Below are positions 21,530-31,146 of a stretch of 64,000 bases of DNA, in pieces. The stretch's first letter is position 1. Every line of letters begins with the position of its first letter. The stretch comes from Gemmatimonadota bacterium (lineage in GTDB: Bacteria > Gemmatimonadota > Gemmatimonadetes > Gemmatimonadales > GWC2-71-9), in the NCBI GenBank assembly GCA_039588295.1, contig JBDHAB010000014.1:8312-72311 (forward strand), in the 5' to 3' direction. Made by a program: the position numbers and the translations under genes. The notes under the pieces are model-generated. The model saw only the letters and a list, made by a program, of their open reading frames with translations. It was not told where the DNA came from and did not search any database.

Positions 21530-22018
21530 TCACACGATTCTGACGCGGGCATCAAGCTCGACGAGGAACTCGTACAGGCGTCTGGTCACTTCGCCGACCA
21601 CGGTAATAGGAGTTGCTCGGGTCCGAATTTTTGAGATCCTCTCCACGACATCCGGATTGGTCGTATCGAAAAACCCCGACCATCCCTGCGTGGTACGGAA
21701 ATCCACGCGAAAACACAGCCGGTTGTCTTTCTTCATCCGGGTCATCCTCGTAACGGTGATGGGGAACGATCGACGCTCCCCGTCGCCAGGGGGCGGAGTC
21801 ACCGTACCGGCCCGCGTCGCCCTGTGATGACCTTCCAACGCTTCGGCAAAGCGATGGAGATCGTCGATAGCCGGGTCCTCGGGCCGGTTGCCCAAAACGG
21901 CTGCCAGGACGCGCACATGCAGGTCGTCCGATTCTTCCAGTTCTTGTAAAGCCCACCACTGTTGCGGATTTTCTTTCCTCCACGTTTCTACCCGGTCATC
22001 CTGGAGGAGAGTTTTCAC
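21530..22018 (-). CDS. Hypothetical protein (possible OB-like C-terminus)
   Basis: GTG start overlapping the upstream stop (GTGA). Confidence 0.6.
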   Translation of the reverse strand: MKTLLQDDRVETWRKENPQQWWALQELEESDDLHVRVLAAVLGNRPEDPAIDDLHRFAEALEGHHRATRAGTVTPPPGDGERRSFPITVTRMTRMKKDNRLCFRVDFRTTQGWSGFFDTTNPDVVERISKIRTRATPITVVGEVTRRLYEFLVELDARVRIV

Positions 22019-22653
22019 GATGGTGCCCTCCAGCAAGTTCGGTGAATCCACATCAAGTTCGCGCCGGCCCAAATTGGAGGGTCCTCGAAGCGGTGAGCCT
22101 TCCGACAGAAGGCACAGTGAGGAGTTTCGGCCAGTGGGATGGCCTCCTCCATCGGTAGGACGGACGGCACCGGGAGCCCCGTCCGAGAAAACCGCTCCGG
22201 CGGATCGAACAACTTGGAAACGGGGAGCTTGTCGCGGCGAGGATCACCCCAACGCCAACCGATCCTCGGGTCGGCTTCGTAGAACTTGTGCGCGCTCCCC
22301 AGTAACCCTTCCCTCAACCACGTCGCAAACATCTCGGGGACACGTTTCCGGAACTCCACGACCACCGAATCTGGTACCGAGAAATCCAGCACGAATTTCC
22401 GGCCGTGCTTGAGCCCCACCATCCGAACGTGACGGTCGTGCTCGACACGTCGCTGGTGGACCTCTAGCTTCACCGTCATCGTGAAAAGAAAACGGGCTTC
22501 GACCATATCCCGCGCAGCCGTGGCCGTGAACTTCATCCACGGCTGACGTTTCACGCTCCCAAGCAGGTCGTCTATGACCGCTTGCGCCAGTGTGGAGAAG
22601 TGAAACTCCCTCAAAAACCCGTTTGGGCTCTTAAACGTCTCGACTACGGACAC
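22015..22653 (-). CDS. Hypothetical protein with C-terminal CxxC...HxxC
   Basis: 212-aa ORF. Confidence 0.6.
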   Translation of the reverse strand: MSVVETFKSPNGFLREFHFSTLAQAVIDDLLGSVKRQPWMKFTATAARDMVEARFLFTMTVKLEVHQRRVEHDRHVRMVGLKHGRKFVLDFSVPDSVVVEFRKRVPEMFATWLREGLLGSAHKFYEADPRIGWRWGDPRRDKLPVSKLFDPPERFSRTGLPVPSVLPMEEAIPLAETPHCAFCRKAHRFEDPPIWAGANLMWIHRTCWRAPS

Positions 22654-22721
22654 AAAAAGGCCCCTTCAAGCACTATACGCACGAAGGGGTCTCCTCGAAC
22701 GGGAGGTTTTTCCTCCCTAGA

Positions 22722-22928
22722 CTAGCCGTTCAAACGCGGAACGTAGAAAAACTGCGTGTTGCTGTTGTTGGGGACCGGGGCCGTGCACATGTTCGGGCCG
22801 ACCGGCCTCTGCGTCGCTGGATCGCTGTTGATGGCCTTGTAGCGGCCGATGTTGTGATACGCGCCGGCCTGCGTCGTGTAGTTCGGCGGGATGGGCTGAA
22901 ACTGGGAAGTGGTGGATCGTACGGCCAT
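22722..22928 (-). CDS. Small hypothetical protein
   Basis: GAGGAG SD and CCCCTATAG motif upstream. Confidence 0.6.
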   Translation of the reverse strand: MAVRSTTSQFQPIPPNYTTQAGAYHNIGRYKAINSDPATQRPVGPNMCTAPVPNNSNTQFFYVPRLNG

Positions 22929-22990
22929 GTGAGCTCCTCTTGCTGATCAGGGTCAGCTATAGGGGCGCTACCGCTGCGATCCCCGAGGCT

Positions 22991-23374
22991 TCACGAATCC
23001 CGGAACTGAGCCTCTCGCCATTCCCAGAGTTTCACAAAGAGCTGTCCGCAAACTTGGAACTCAACTGCGTCCCGGAGACGAGGCACCGGTGGCACCGGCA
23101 ACTGCTGCGTCAACTCGTCGCGTAACCACGCAACACGACGATGTGGAGCTCCCTCCCTGAGCTTGTTGAGTTCCGCCGTGAACCCCTTCTTCCACTCTTC
23201 GGTCGCAGCCACATACTTCAGGTAAGGCTTGCGTTCCCGAGCAGCAGCGTACTCGACCTCAAGATCCGCGCGAGCCACCGCAACTGACCGTTCGGCAATC
23301 CGTTTCTCGCGTCCACGAGCTCGGTCCCAGAAATCCAGGACCACGTAGTTCCAGAAATTGCGTGCGAAGCTCAC
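22991..23374 (-). CDS. Hypothetical protein
   Basis: GTGA overlap with the upstream gene. Confidence 0.55.
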   Translation of the reverse strand: MSFARNFWNYVVLDFWDRARGREKRIAERSVAVARADLEVEYAAARERKPYLKYVAATEEWKKGFTAELNKLREGAPHRRVAWLRDELTQQLPVPPVPRLRDAVEFQVCGQLFVKLWEWREAQFRDS

Positions 23375-24108
23375 GACTCTTGCTGACGCTTGTGGTGCTT
23401 GGCCCAGTCGTCCATGTAGTCGAAGGGGTCTCGACGATTCCGGATTCGTTCTTCGACTCGGAGCGCCCTGACACAGTCATGCAGGTAGGGCAGCATCAGA
23501 AGTGCCGACAGTCGTTTGTTCTTGAACCAGAAAATCCCGGCCATGGCAGCCCCCACCCCGAGACCTACGTTCCGGGTCAGCATGCTCCCCCGGTCCCATC
23601 CGTACTTCTTGATAGCCCACGCACGGAAAACGCGACCACCGTCCAGAGGGTAGATCGGCAGCATGTTGAACAGAAACAGGAGCAGGTTGATGGCGCACGC
23701 TCCCACGATAGGGAGGAACGCAGAGGACCCGTCGAAACCGCTGTAGTACAGGATCACGGCAACGGGGAGCAGAACGATCCCAACCACCAAATTCACGACG
23801 GGCCCCGCGAGCGAGATCCACATATCGTCCGAAGCAGTCTGTGGACGCGGCTCCATCACGGCGCGTGCCCCCATCGGTTCGAACAAGACGAAGTGCGCGG
23901 TGTACTTGAGCCTCTGCCCCATGATGACGTGGCCGTACTCGTGCACGCCCATGGAAACCATCAGCACCACGGGGAGCCACCAGGGTGCGAGCCATCCCAA
24001 CATCAGAAACCACCCGATCGCCAACGGCGTGATGGCGAGTTGGATGCCACGGACCTTCCCCATCGGGAGTGGGTCGCTCACTTTCTGGATGATGTCTATC
24101 AGGAGCAC
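23371..24108 (-). CDS. Site-2 protease (peptidase M50)
   Basis: HEYGH, ISLAGP, FNMLPIYPLDGGR; multiple TM segments. Confidence 0.92.
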   Translation of the reverse strand: MLLIDIIQKVSDPLPMGKVRGIQLAITPLAIGWFLMLGWLAPWWLPVVLMVSMGVHEYGHVIMGQRLKYTAHFVLFEPMGARAVMEPRPQTASDDMWISLAGPVVNLVVGIVLLPVAVILYYSGFDGSSAFLPIVGACAINLLLFLFNMLPIYPLDGGRVFRAWAIKKYGWDRGSMLTRNVGLGVGAAMAGIFWFKNKRLSALLMLPYLHDCVRALRVEERIRNRRDPFDYMDDWAKHHKRQQES

Positions 24109-24428
24109 TTTGCCCCCTCTGGCTTCGGCACCGTCACGTCATGCACCCAAAAGGCGGCATCGTAGAGTTTGAACATGGCAAGGACCTGCATCAACGGGTG
24201 ACCGACCATGTTGTGGACGAACCATTTGTGCTTGGCCCATCGAAGTCGCTTGCTTTCCAGGGCCGAAGGTCGCAGAGCCATCGCGGACTCCAACGCGTCG
24301 ATGCCGGTGATGCGAATCTTCTGGCCTTGAAACCCAACGACAAGAACGAGCTCCTCGATGCTTGAATAGTCCGCCCAGTCGATGCGGTCTACTGCGATCA
24401 GGTGCGTACCGTTCTTGACGAATCTCAA
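24099..24428 (-). CDS. Hypothetical protein
   Basis: 109-aa ORF with HN..GHP...HD motif. Confidence 0.55.
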   Translation of the reverse strand: MRFVKNGTHLIAVDRIDWADYSSIEELVLVVGFQGQKIRITGIDALESAMALRPSALESKRLRWAKHKWFVHNMVGHPLMQVLAMFKLYDAAFWVHDVTVPKPEGAKCS

Positions 24429-24469
24429 TATCTATCCCTCCAAGAGACGGAACAGCGGACCCCGAAGGG

Positions 24470-24916
24470 TTATTCCACGAAGGTAATCTCTTTCCCCGTC
24501 AGAGCCATAGCGATGTCCCTGGCGACGTTTTCACACACGAGGTCGGCCTCGCGTGTGAGCTCTTCCTCGCGGTCGAGCATTTCCTGCGACGGCTGGCGAT
24601 CCCAGTGCGGTCCTTGCTGCCGGCCCCCCAGGTACGGCATCGCAGTGTCGATGCGCGTGATGAGATGCTCGATTTTGGCTCGGGTCACGTCGCCCGCGCC
24701 GCAGAACAGCATCTCGGTGAAGTGCCGGTCGGTGTCCTTGAGCCCCATCCAGGTAGCCTGCGTTTTAAGAAGTTCGAGACGCCTCCGATACGCGTGCCGT
24801 TGCTCGGCAGTTGCAGGAGGGGGAGGCTGACACCCCTTGTGACACGGCATCTCTTGAGAGGTACGCCAATCGATGAATCCCGTGTTGTAGCAGTCCTTGC
24901 AAATCTGGTCGCTCAT
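24470..24916 (-). CDS. Hypothetical protein with N-terminal CxxC
   Basis: ATGA overlap; GGAGG SD. Confidence 0.6.
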   Translation of the reverse strand: MSDQICKDCYNTGFIDWRTSQEMPCHKGCQPPPPATAEQRHAYRRRLELLKTQATWMGLKDTDRHFTEMLFCGAGDVTRAKIEHLITRIDTAMPYLGGRQQGPHWDRQPSQEMLDREEELTREADLVCENVARDIAMALTGKEITFVE

Positions 24917-25374
24917 ACATCCTCCGTCTGCACTCGTATTCGTTCGTCCGCCATGACCTTCTTGGCCATCTGGTCAACGCGCCTGTTGAGCCACACATCA
25001 ACCCCGGCGCCTTCACGGTGACCCTTCACCCACCGCGAAATGAGCCTCACGTCGTGCCCGTCTTGGATCTTCTGGATACGCTCCACAAGCCGACGACCAG
25101 CGTCGCTCCGAGGTCGGTAACGACCCTCCATCCAATGAAGGGCAGTCGTGCAGTCCGACCGCACGAGAACTGCCTCCGTTTCGGGCCACTTGGTGGCAGC
25201 CCGATAGATACCTGCGTAAATGGCCGCAAGCTCGGCGTGATTGGAGAAACGGCAATAATCGGGCGTCGGGCCGCTCTCGACGTGTCGACCGAGCTCACTA
25301 CGAAGCCACACGGCCCACCCACCAACGCGGGTGTGAGGACAGAACGAAGCGTCGCAGTAGAGCGTGGTCAGCAT
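24913..25374 (-). CDS. rnhA: Ribonuclease H (type 1)
   Basis: LYCDAS, NHAELAA, VRSDC, WVKGH, NRRVDQMAK catalytic pattern. Confidence 0.88.
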   Translation of the reverse strand: MLTTLYCDASFCPHTRVGGWAVWLRSELGRHVESGPTPDYCRFSNHAELAAIYAGIYRAATKWPETEAVLVRSDCTTALHWMEGRYRPRSDAGRRLVERIQKIQDGHDVRLISRWVKGHREGAGVDVWLNRRVDQMAKKVMADERIRVQTEDV

Positions 25375-25871
25375 GAGGCGCCCTTGAACGCAGCCAGAGC
25401 CTTCTCCAACCGTGCCGTGGGGTCGAGTAGATTCTCGGGCTTGGGCTCTCCCAAACGCCACCAGACGCTCTCTCGCGTCCCGTGTGTGTAGAGCTCGAAA
25501 TGCAGCATGGTCCGGGGACGCCCTTTGTCCTGGCGCAGTACTGCTTTTACCCCTCCCAGGTACTGTTCGAACTCGATGGGGCTCCCGATTTTGAGCCCTT
25601 TCTCCACTGTGAGCTCGCCATAGCAGACTACGCCCGATTCTCCCTCGACCAGGATTGCCTGGGTGTCGTTCCACCACGGTGATCCCGCTTTGGGGCCAGT
25701 GAACTTCTCGATGCCGACCACGACGCCGGGCTCGACAGCGAGCACGGACATCCCAGGGTACGTGTAGAGATCGACGCCCGTGTGAACGTCGTGTTTGCGA
25801 ATGGCACCGAACCGGCCGGGCTCGTCAGGAAGCTCGGCCGGTCCAGCCCACAAGGGCCAGCGCCACGACAT
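25368..25871 (-). CDS. M23 family peptidase
   Basis: HTGVDLY and LHFELY motifs, ending LLDP. Confidence 0.85.
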   Translation of the reverse strand: MSWRWPLWAGPAELPDEPGRFGAIRKHDVHTGVDLYTYPGMSVLAVEPGVVVGIEKFTGPKAGSPWWNDTQAILVEGESGVVCYGELTVEKGLKIGSPIEFEQYLGGVKAVLRQDKGRPRTMLHFELYTHGTRESVWWRLGEPKPENLLDPTARLEKALAAFKGASC

Positions 25872-26323
25872 CAGCAAATCTCACGCACGCTGTTGGACAG
25901 TTTGACCAGCAGCTTCTCTTGTTCACGCCACGAGGGCATCGCCGAGATACGGCGGAATGCCGTGTCCCGTTGTTCCCCGAGCATGTAGCTCCCCAGCGTC
26001 ATCCTCTGCCGCGGGTTAAGAAACAGGACGTTGATGGGCTTTTGCGTCCCCGGCTCCTTGTAGATGAAGGCCCCGGCGACTTCGACGAGCTGGCAATCCA
26101 GCAGATCGAGAAGACCACGGTGCGGACAACCGGGCTCCGTTTCGAGAAAGTCCACGAGCATCCGGATCTGGGGTGGGGTTGGCAGAAGATCATCTGCCAA
26201 CCACTCCGCAGTCTCGGTCCACGTCACGGCGAGAATGTCGATCAACTGCTCGCCCCACGTCATGAGGTCACCGGGACTCGGCGTTTGGAACAGGGGACTC
26301 AGGGCTTCGGAGAGAGGACTCAT
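25871..26323 (-). CDS. Hypothetical protein
   Basis: Translationally coupled on both sides. Confidence 0.6.
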   Translation of the reverse strand: MSPLSEALSPLFQTPSPGDLMTWGEQLIDILAVTWTETAEWLADDLLPTPPQIRMLVDFLETEPGCPHRGLLDLLDCQLVEVAGAFIYKEPGTQKPINVLFLNPRQRMTLGSYMLGEQRDTAFRRISAMPSWREQEKLLVKLSNSVREIC

Positions 26324-27759
26324 ACGGGCGCCTCCAGACTGACGGGACCACCCGTCTTGGCTTCAAGGTCCCAGTGCCTCTCGATGAGCTCGATCACGAG
26401 ATCGGGATTCGTCGTCCGCGAGAAGCAGATATTGGGGCCGTGTTCGTCGAGCATCACCACTTTGATGTGGTCTTCATCGGACATGTGGAGAGGATGTCCG
26501 CCAGGCCGTACCAGGACTCCGGGCACCCACTGGAATTCTCGTAACCCTTCCGACGTGTTCCGACCACACTCGTGGCTCCCGCACTCGTAAGGACGCTGCT
26601 CACGAACAGGCACCACGCCAACGCCATTATCCTCACGCTCATCGATAGGACGTAACGGAACGTGGGCGTGAACGATGCAGTCCACGTCGGGGTGCTGGTC
26701 GAAAATGATGCGCTGGCTCTGCCCACCCACACTCGGTTTGGCACCGTGCGCGATCACCTGGTCCGCACCCACCGTGTCGATACGGAGCAACCCATCCTTG
26801 GCGAGCTTGTTGAAATCCGATTTGCGGCGGCTCGTGTAGATGATGCCGTCCTTCGGACCCCGGGTAGCAAAGTGCCCGACCGTCTTCCCTTGGAACGGTT
26901 TGTAGGCCCCGCGCTTGATGCAGTGGTCCACGACGGCCCGGAGATTCTCCGGAATCTCGTCGCCATCCCACGGGATGGGATCCCCTTCGACCACGGTAGA
27001 TCGGGTAAAGTGCAGCTCAGATCGCATCACGATCATCTGGCACAGCCCCTCGATGGCCTCGGCCCTGTCCTTGGTGACGTGATACTTGGCCTCTTCCGGC
27101 GTGATCACCATGTTCCGGTGCTCCTGCACGTCGTTGGCAAGCACGAGATTGCACGAGGCGTTTTTAAGCAGGTGGAGCCCGGTGATGTACTGCTCCTGTT
27201 CGGACTGGCCTGTGGTGGCTTTGAAGCCCACGAGGAAGATGTCCTTGCGTGCCTGCCGGACCTTGCCGATCAACTTGTCGGTCGGGTCCATCCACATGAA
27301 GCGCTGTCCCCCCAGGGTACGAAGCCGCTGCGTTTTCTTGCCAAACTCCGTGACCCTATCGATCTCCTGCGGGAGGTGGACCGAATCGATCTGCGCAGGC
27401 TGCCAATCGCAGACGGCCACAGCCAGGACGATGCCCTTCGTCTCCGGTTGCCGAACCAGGTAGTCGATGACCTTCAGCAGGTCCTCGTTGGTTTCCAGGT
27501 ACGGGATCCCTGCGCCTTTGAACACAGCAGCTTCGCCGGGCAGTTTCTCCTCCCGGCCGAATGCCATCTTCGTTCGGATCAGATGGACCTCGTGGTCTGC
27601 CTCAACTCCGTTGGCTTCGGCCTCCAACATGAACGCCTTTTCCAGGCCATGTTCGAGGTCGTAACCTACCTTGCCGTATGCAGGTGCGCAGAGTGAGAAG
27701 TGCGGGGCGACGTGGACCATGGTCCCGCCGCTGATGACGTAGAAGCGTCTTGCTCCCAT
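26320..27759 (-). CDS. CoaB/DFP-like domain fused to class II aldolase-like domain
   Basis: VISGGT, IVLAVAVCDW, FLVGFKA, NLVLANDV (CoaB-like); KPS, HPDVDCIVHAH, CGS, LDEHG (aldolase II-like). Confidence 0.7.
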   Translation of the reverse strand: MGARRFYVISGGTMVHVAPHFSLCAPAYGKVGYDLEHGLEKAFMLEAEANGVEADHEVHLIRTKMAFGREEKLPGEAAVFKGAGIPYLETNEDLLKVIDYLVRQPETKGIVLAVAVCDWQPAQIDSVHLPQEIDRVTEFGKKTQRLRTLGGQRFMWMDPTDKLIGKVRQARKDIFLVGFKATTGQSEQEQYITGLHLLKNASCNLVLANDVQEHRNMVITPEEAKYHVTKDRAEAIEGLCQMIVMRSELHFTRSTVVEGDPIPWDGDEIPENLRAVVDHCIKRGAYKPFQGKTVGHFATRGPKDGIIYTSRRKSDFNKLAKDGLLRIDTVGADQVIAHGAKPSVGGQSQRIIFDQHPDVDCIVHAHVPLRPIDEREDNGVGVVPVREQRPYECGSHECGRNTSEGLREFQWVPGVLVRPGGHPLHMSDEDHIKVVMLDEHGPNICFSRTTNPDLVIELIERHWDLEAKTGGPVSLEAPV

Positions 27760-27818
27760 TTTGCTTTCCTCCGTGGCCGTCTTGGCCGGTGAGTAGTCGT
27801 CTGACTATTTGGTTGTTG

Positions 27819-28046
27819 TTACTGAGACAGTAGCATCTCGATCAGGCTGTAGCCCGCGCCGACCGTGAGGCCGGCACATACGAACGCGAGGATGGCCCCG
27901 AAAGGCTGCATCACGCGATGGTGGAACTTCTGCATACGGGTGTCCGGAAGCTGCACACGACGCCCTCCGAGCACTGACTGCGCGACCGAGTAGGTCAGCC
28001 ATCCGAACACGATCGTCCAACCGAACTGCCACAACACCGGAGTCAT
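27819..28046 (-). CDS. Small membrane protein
   Basis: Two hydrophobic segments; ATGA overlap. Confidence 0.55.
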   Translation of the reverse strand: MTPVLWQFGWTIVFGWLTYSVAQSVLGGRRVQLPDTRMQKFHHRVMQPFGAILAFVCAGLTVGAGYSLIEMLLSQ

Positions 28047-28393
28047 GCTTTCCCTCCGAAGATGCGGAACACGGCCCCGGCACACAGAGAGCTCAAGGCC
28101 ACGAGCGCGAAGTAACTGACGATCAGGTCGGGCCACTCACGCCCGGTCGAGATCAGCAGCGGCTTGTAGACAAACATGGCCGCGAGGGCGATCCAGTGCG
28201 CCATGCAGTACGGGCAGTCGAACAGCTCGTTCAGCCAGCCGAACGGCCGCCGCAGGAACCCACGCGGTTTCCGGGCCCGACGGTCGATCCACGCTCGGAG
28301 CCATTCGAAGACATTGGCCTTCGTGATGGTGAGAGACACAGCCCCGATGGCGAGCGCCAGGACTCCGAGCTCTCTGTAGGCCAGGATCTCCAT
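28043..28393 (-). CDS. DUF1360-like membrane protein
   Basis: FEWLRAW...ELFDCPYCMAHW plus TM segments. Confidence 0.7.
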   Translation of the reverse strand: MEILAYRELGVLALAIGAVSLTITKANVFEWLRAWIDRRARKPRGFLRRPFGWLNELFDCPYCMAHWIALAAMFVYKPLLISTGREWPDLIVSYFALVALSSLCAGAVFRIFGGKA

Positions 28394-28654
28394 CTACGCA
28401 GCCATGCCGTTCTCGGCGAAGAACTCCCGGAGGGTCTTGTCGCCGTCACACTCGATCGCGAATCCGTACTTGGGGGGCTTGCCCTCCCGAGGACACACCT
28501 TCGCCTTGTCCAAAAGTTCATCGACGGTGCTCGTCGGTTGCCATTCGGGATCTGCGAAAGCTGCCTTCACCTTCTCCCAATCCTCGGGGCTGTTCACGTA
28601 GTTGAAGAAGCGGTTGCTCTCAAACCAGAAACGGGTCCATGTTGGTGTGGTCAT
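28394..28654 (-). CDS. Hypothetical protein
   Basis: GGAGG SD. Confidence 0.6.
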   Translation of the reverse strand: MTTPTWTRFWFESNRFFNYVNSPEDWEKVKAAFADPEWQPTSTVDELLDKAKVCPREGKPPKYGFAIECDGDKTLREFFAENGMAA

Positions 28655-28687
28655 CGTAGTCAGTACCTCCGGAAACCGAGCTCTATT

Positions 28688-28960
28688 TCAGCCGCACGTC
28701 TTCACTTCGCGCTGGTAGATCTCGTCGCACGTCTTGATGCGCTTGGAGGTTGTGAACACCGCTCCGACCCCACCGTTGAGGCATCGTTCCTTCTCGGCGT
28801 GCGCCCGTTCGATGCACTCGGCTCGAATCTGAGCGGGGTCGGGGCCCCAGATGTGGTCAGCCATGCTGGAGCCGAACCCGTACAGGAGAGCCCCGATGCC
28901 CAGGAGGATGAGGATGACCCACGTAGCGGGGTGAAAGAGTGCTTCAATCTCAGCGACCAT
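28688..28960 (-). CDS. Small membrane-anchored protein
   Basis: N-terminal TM; AGGAG SD. Confidence 0.55.
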   Translation of the reverse strand: MVAEIEALFHPATWVILILLGIGALLYGFGSSMADHIWGPDPAQIRAECIERAHAEKERCLNGGVGAVFTTSKRIKTCDEIYQREVKTCG

Positions 28961-28969
28961 GACTGACTC

Positions 28970-29716
28970 CTAATCGTTGCTGACGGACGACCCGCCGGGC
29001 ATGAAGCGCAGCAGGTAAAGAAAGAGGTTCACGAAATCGAGGTACAGCGACAGCGCACCCCAAATGGCGAGGCCGTGATGGGCCCCGTTCTTGTAGTAGT
29101 AGCCCTTGATCTTCTGCGTGTCGTAGGCGGTGAGACCCGCGAAGATCACGACCCCGATCAGGTGGTAGGCGAAACTCACCGACGCACTCTGGAACACGAA
29201 AGCGTTGAGGATGCTCACCGCGATCAGCCCCCACAGGGCGGCGATGAAGAAGTTCCCCATCGCGCTCAGATCTTTCTTGGTGATCCATCCGGTGAAGGAC
29301 ATCCCCACGAACATGACGACCGTCACCGCCAGGGTTTCGAACACAGCGGTGGCGAACGCGGGATCTTCACTGGCCTGGACGGCGATGCCGGTCAACCAGG
29401 TCCCCATGATGCCGGTCATCAGCAGATACCAGAACGTGATCTCAGCCGGTGCGCCCTTCTCCATGCGAGCAGCGAGCACGAAGATCAACACGAACGGCGT
29501 GAACAGAAGAACCCATCCCAGGGCGCCCCCGAACAGGGCGGTGATCAACTCAGGCTGTGTGCTGAGCCAGTACGCCACGATAGTCGAGAGACCGAGGCCC
29601 GTAGCCATCCAAGCGTAGACGGTCCCCATGAAGGCACCGACACCCGCCCGGACCTCCGGGGAAGCGTTGCGTGCTTGTTTGACGTAGTCGCGTCGTGCGT
29701 CTGCTCCGAGTTGCAT
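28970..29716 (-). CDS. Bax inhibitor-1/YccA family membrane protein
   Basis: VYAWM..GL, LTAYDTQKIK, GALSLYLDFVNLFLYLLR; about 7 TMs. Confidence 0.92.
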   Translation of the reverse strand: MQLGADARRDYVKQARNASPEVRAGVGAFMGTVYAWMATGLGLSTIVAYWLSTQPELITALFGGALGWVLLFTPFVLIFVLAARMEKGAPAEITFWYLLMTGIMGTWLTGIAVQASEDPAFATAVFETLAVTVVMFVGMSFTGWITKKDLSAMGNFFIAALWGLIAVSILNAFVFQSASVSFAYHLIGVVIFAGLTAYDTQKIKGYYYKNGAHHGLAIWGALSLYLDFVNLFLYLLRFMPGGSSVSND

Positions 29717-29756
29717 TTGAAAATCCTCGTGTTACCGAACAGTGGCGATCGTGAAC

Positions 29757-29972
29757 TTATTCCGAGTCATCGTGACCGAGTTCTTTGGCGCGCTCTTGCA
29801 GAGCGGCCCCGATGGCAACCATCAGGATGCCAAAGGCCGCCACCATGGCGCACATGAAAATCAGGACGTTGATCGGAAGCATCAGTAGACTCTTGGTTCT
29901 CTCGGGTTTTACGGGGAGAACCGGCCGACCGTCCTGGTCGAGCACTTCGACCTGCACGGGTTCCTCGGCCAT
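29757..29972 (-). CDS. Small membrane protein
   Basis: Single TM; TAGAAT 6 nt before ATG. Confidence 0.55.
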   Translation of the reverse strand: MAEEPVQVEVLDQDGRPVLPVKPERTKSLLMLPINVLIFMCAMVAAFGILMVAIGAALQERAKELGHDDSE

Positions 29973-29994
29973 GCCCCCATTCTACCCCCATTCG

Positions 29995-30366
29995 TCAGTC
30001 TCTCTTGGTCGGGTCCTTCGGCGTCACCACCGTGGTGCCCGTGGTTTCGGCCGTGGGCTTCTGGATCTCATCCACGAGAATCCCCATCAGACGGTTCAGG
30101 AGGACCTCCTCGTTGGGAGGCTCAGGCCCCAACCCTTTCTGTGAAAAGCGTGTGAGAGCTCCGTGATGGGCTCTGACAACGTGCCGAACAGCGTCGGCGA
30201 GGATGATCCCCCACACGCCGGGGTCGCCGTTCGTTGCACCGTCCGGGTACATGGCTGTGAACATCTCCTGGACATTGACGATCACGGTGGAGTTTTGCCC
30301 CTCCATGAAAATCTCGATGATCCGGGGCTTTGAAGTGAGATCTTGGATCTCGGGCTTGTCGTTCAT
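29995..30366 (-). CDS. Hypothetical protein (DUF5076-like)
   Basis: DPGVWGIILADAVRHVVRA motif. Confidence 0.55.
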   Translation of the reverse strand: MNDKPEIQDLTSKPRIIEIFMEGQNSTVIVNVQEMFTAMYPDGATNGDPGVWGIILADAVRHVVRAHHGALTRFSQKGLGPEPPNEEVLLNRLMGILVDEIQKPTAETTGTTVVTPKDPTKRD

Positions 30367-31145
30367 GCTGCTTCCTCTGCCTTCTTGCGCTGGACGATAT
30401 ACCGGTCCTGGGTGCGGATAGGCCAGCCATGCGTGTCGCTTTCCCTGGTCTTGACGTGCGCACCCCAGTAGGGCTCCGTGCGGCCCCGCTCCTTGTCGTC
30501 CTTGGTGAGGCGATCCGGGACGGGCTTGTCGGAGGGTTTGCCCTTCTTCGTGAAGAAGCCGAGCACTTCAATCCATCGACCGTGGTTCGCGATACGGTCG
30601 CCGATGCGAATGTCTTTCGGGTGCAGTTGGAGATACTCGACACCGTCACGGAACTCGCGGGCCCCCACGATCTCGCGCATCAAACTGAGAGCCCGCATGA
30701 AGGGCAGGATCTTCTTCCCGGGCTCACTGCCCAGAAGGAAGATGGCCTCGTCACGGAGGATGCACTCCAGGCCGTCGATGTCGTCTTGGTCTGGAAGATC
30801 CTTGGCGGCGCGCTTGGGCTTCTTGAACTCCCTGTCCTGCTCGACGCGCGAGAACCCGAGGGATTCTCCGAGCTGGTGCAGGAGTGCCAACACGGTGCGC
30901 GCGTTGTCCTTTCCTAGCAGTGAGTACAGAGCCATCTCGCTAAAAAACGGAAGGTCGTCCTGCTTGCCGCCGCGCTCCTTCCACTCCTTTGCGAGCTCCT
31001 CGTTCTCGATCCACTCCAGTTGCATGGTGGCGAGCTTCTTGAACTTCTCGCGTGCGGCTCCCATACCGCCGTCGAGCAGGTCGCTCATTTCACGGGAGTG
31101 TCGAAGTGCCAGGGCGGCGATTGCTGCTTCTCGTCGTTGATCCAT
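30363..31145 (-). CDS. Hypothetical protein
   Basis: Long ORF in a coupled run. Confidence 0.65.
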   Translation of the reverse strand: MDQRREAAIAALALRHSREMSDLLDGGMGAAREKFKKLATMQLEWIENEELAKEWKERGGKQDDLPFFSEMALYSLLGKDNARTVLALLHQLGESLGFSRVEQDREFKKPKRAAKDLPDQDDIDGLECILRDEAIFLLGSEPGKKILPFMRALSLMREIVGAREFRDGVEYLQLHPKDIRIGDRIANHGRWIEVLGFFTKKGKPSDKPVPDRLTKDDKERGRTEPYWGAHVKTRESDTHGWPIRTQDRYIVQRKKAEEAA

Positions 31146-31146
31146 T

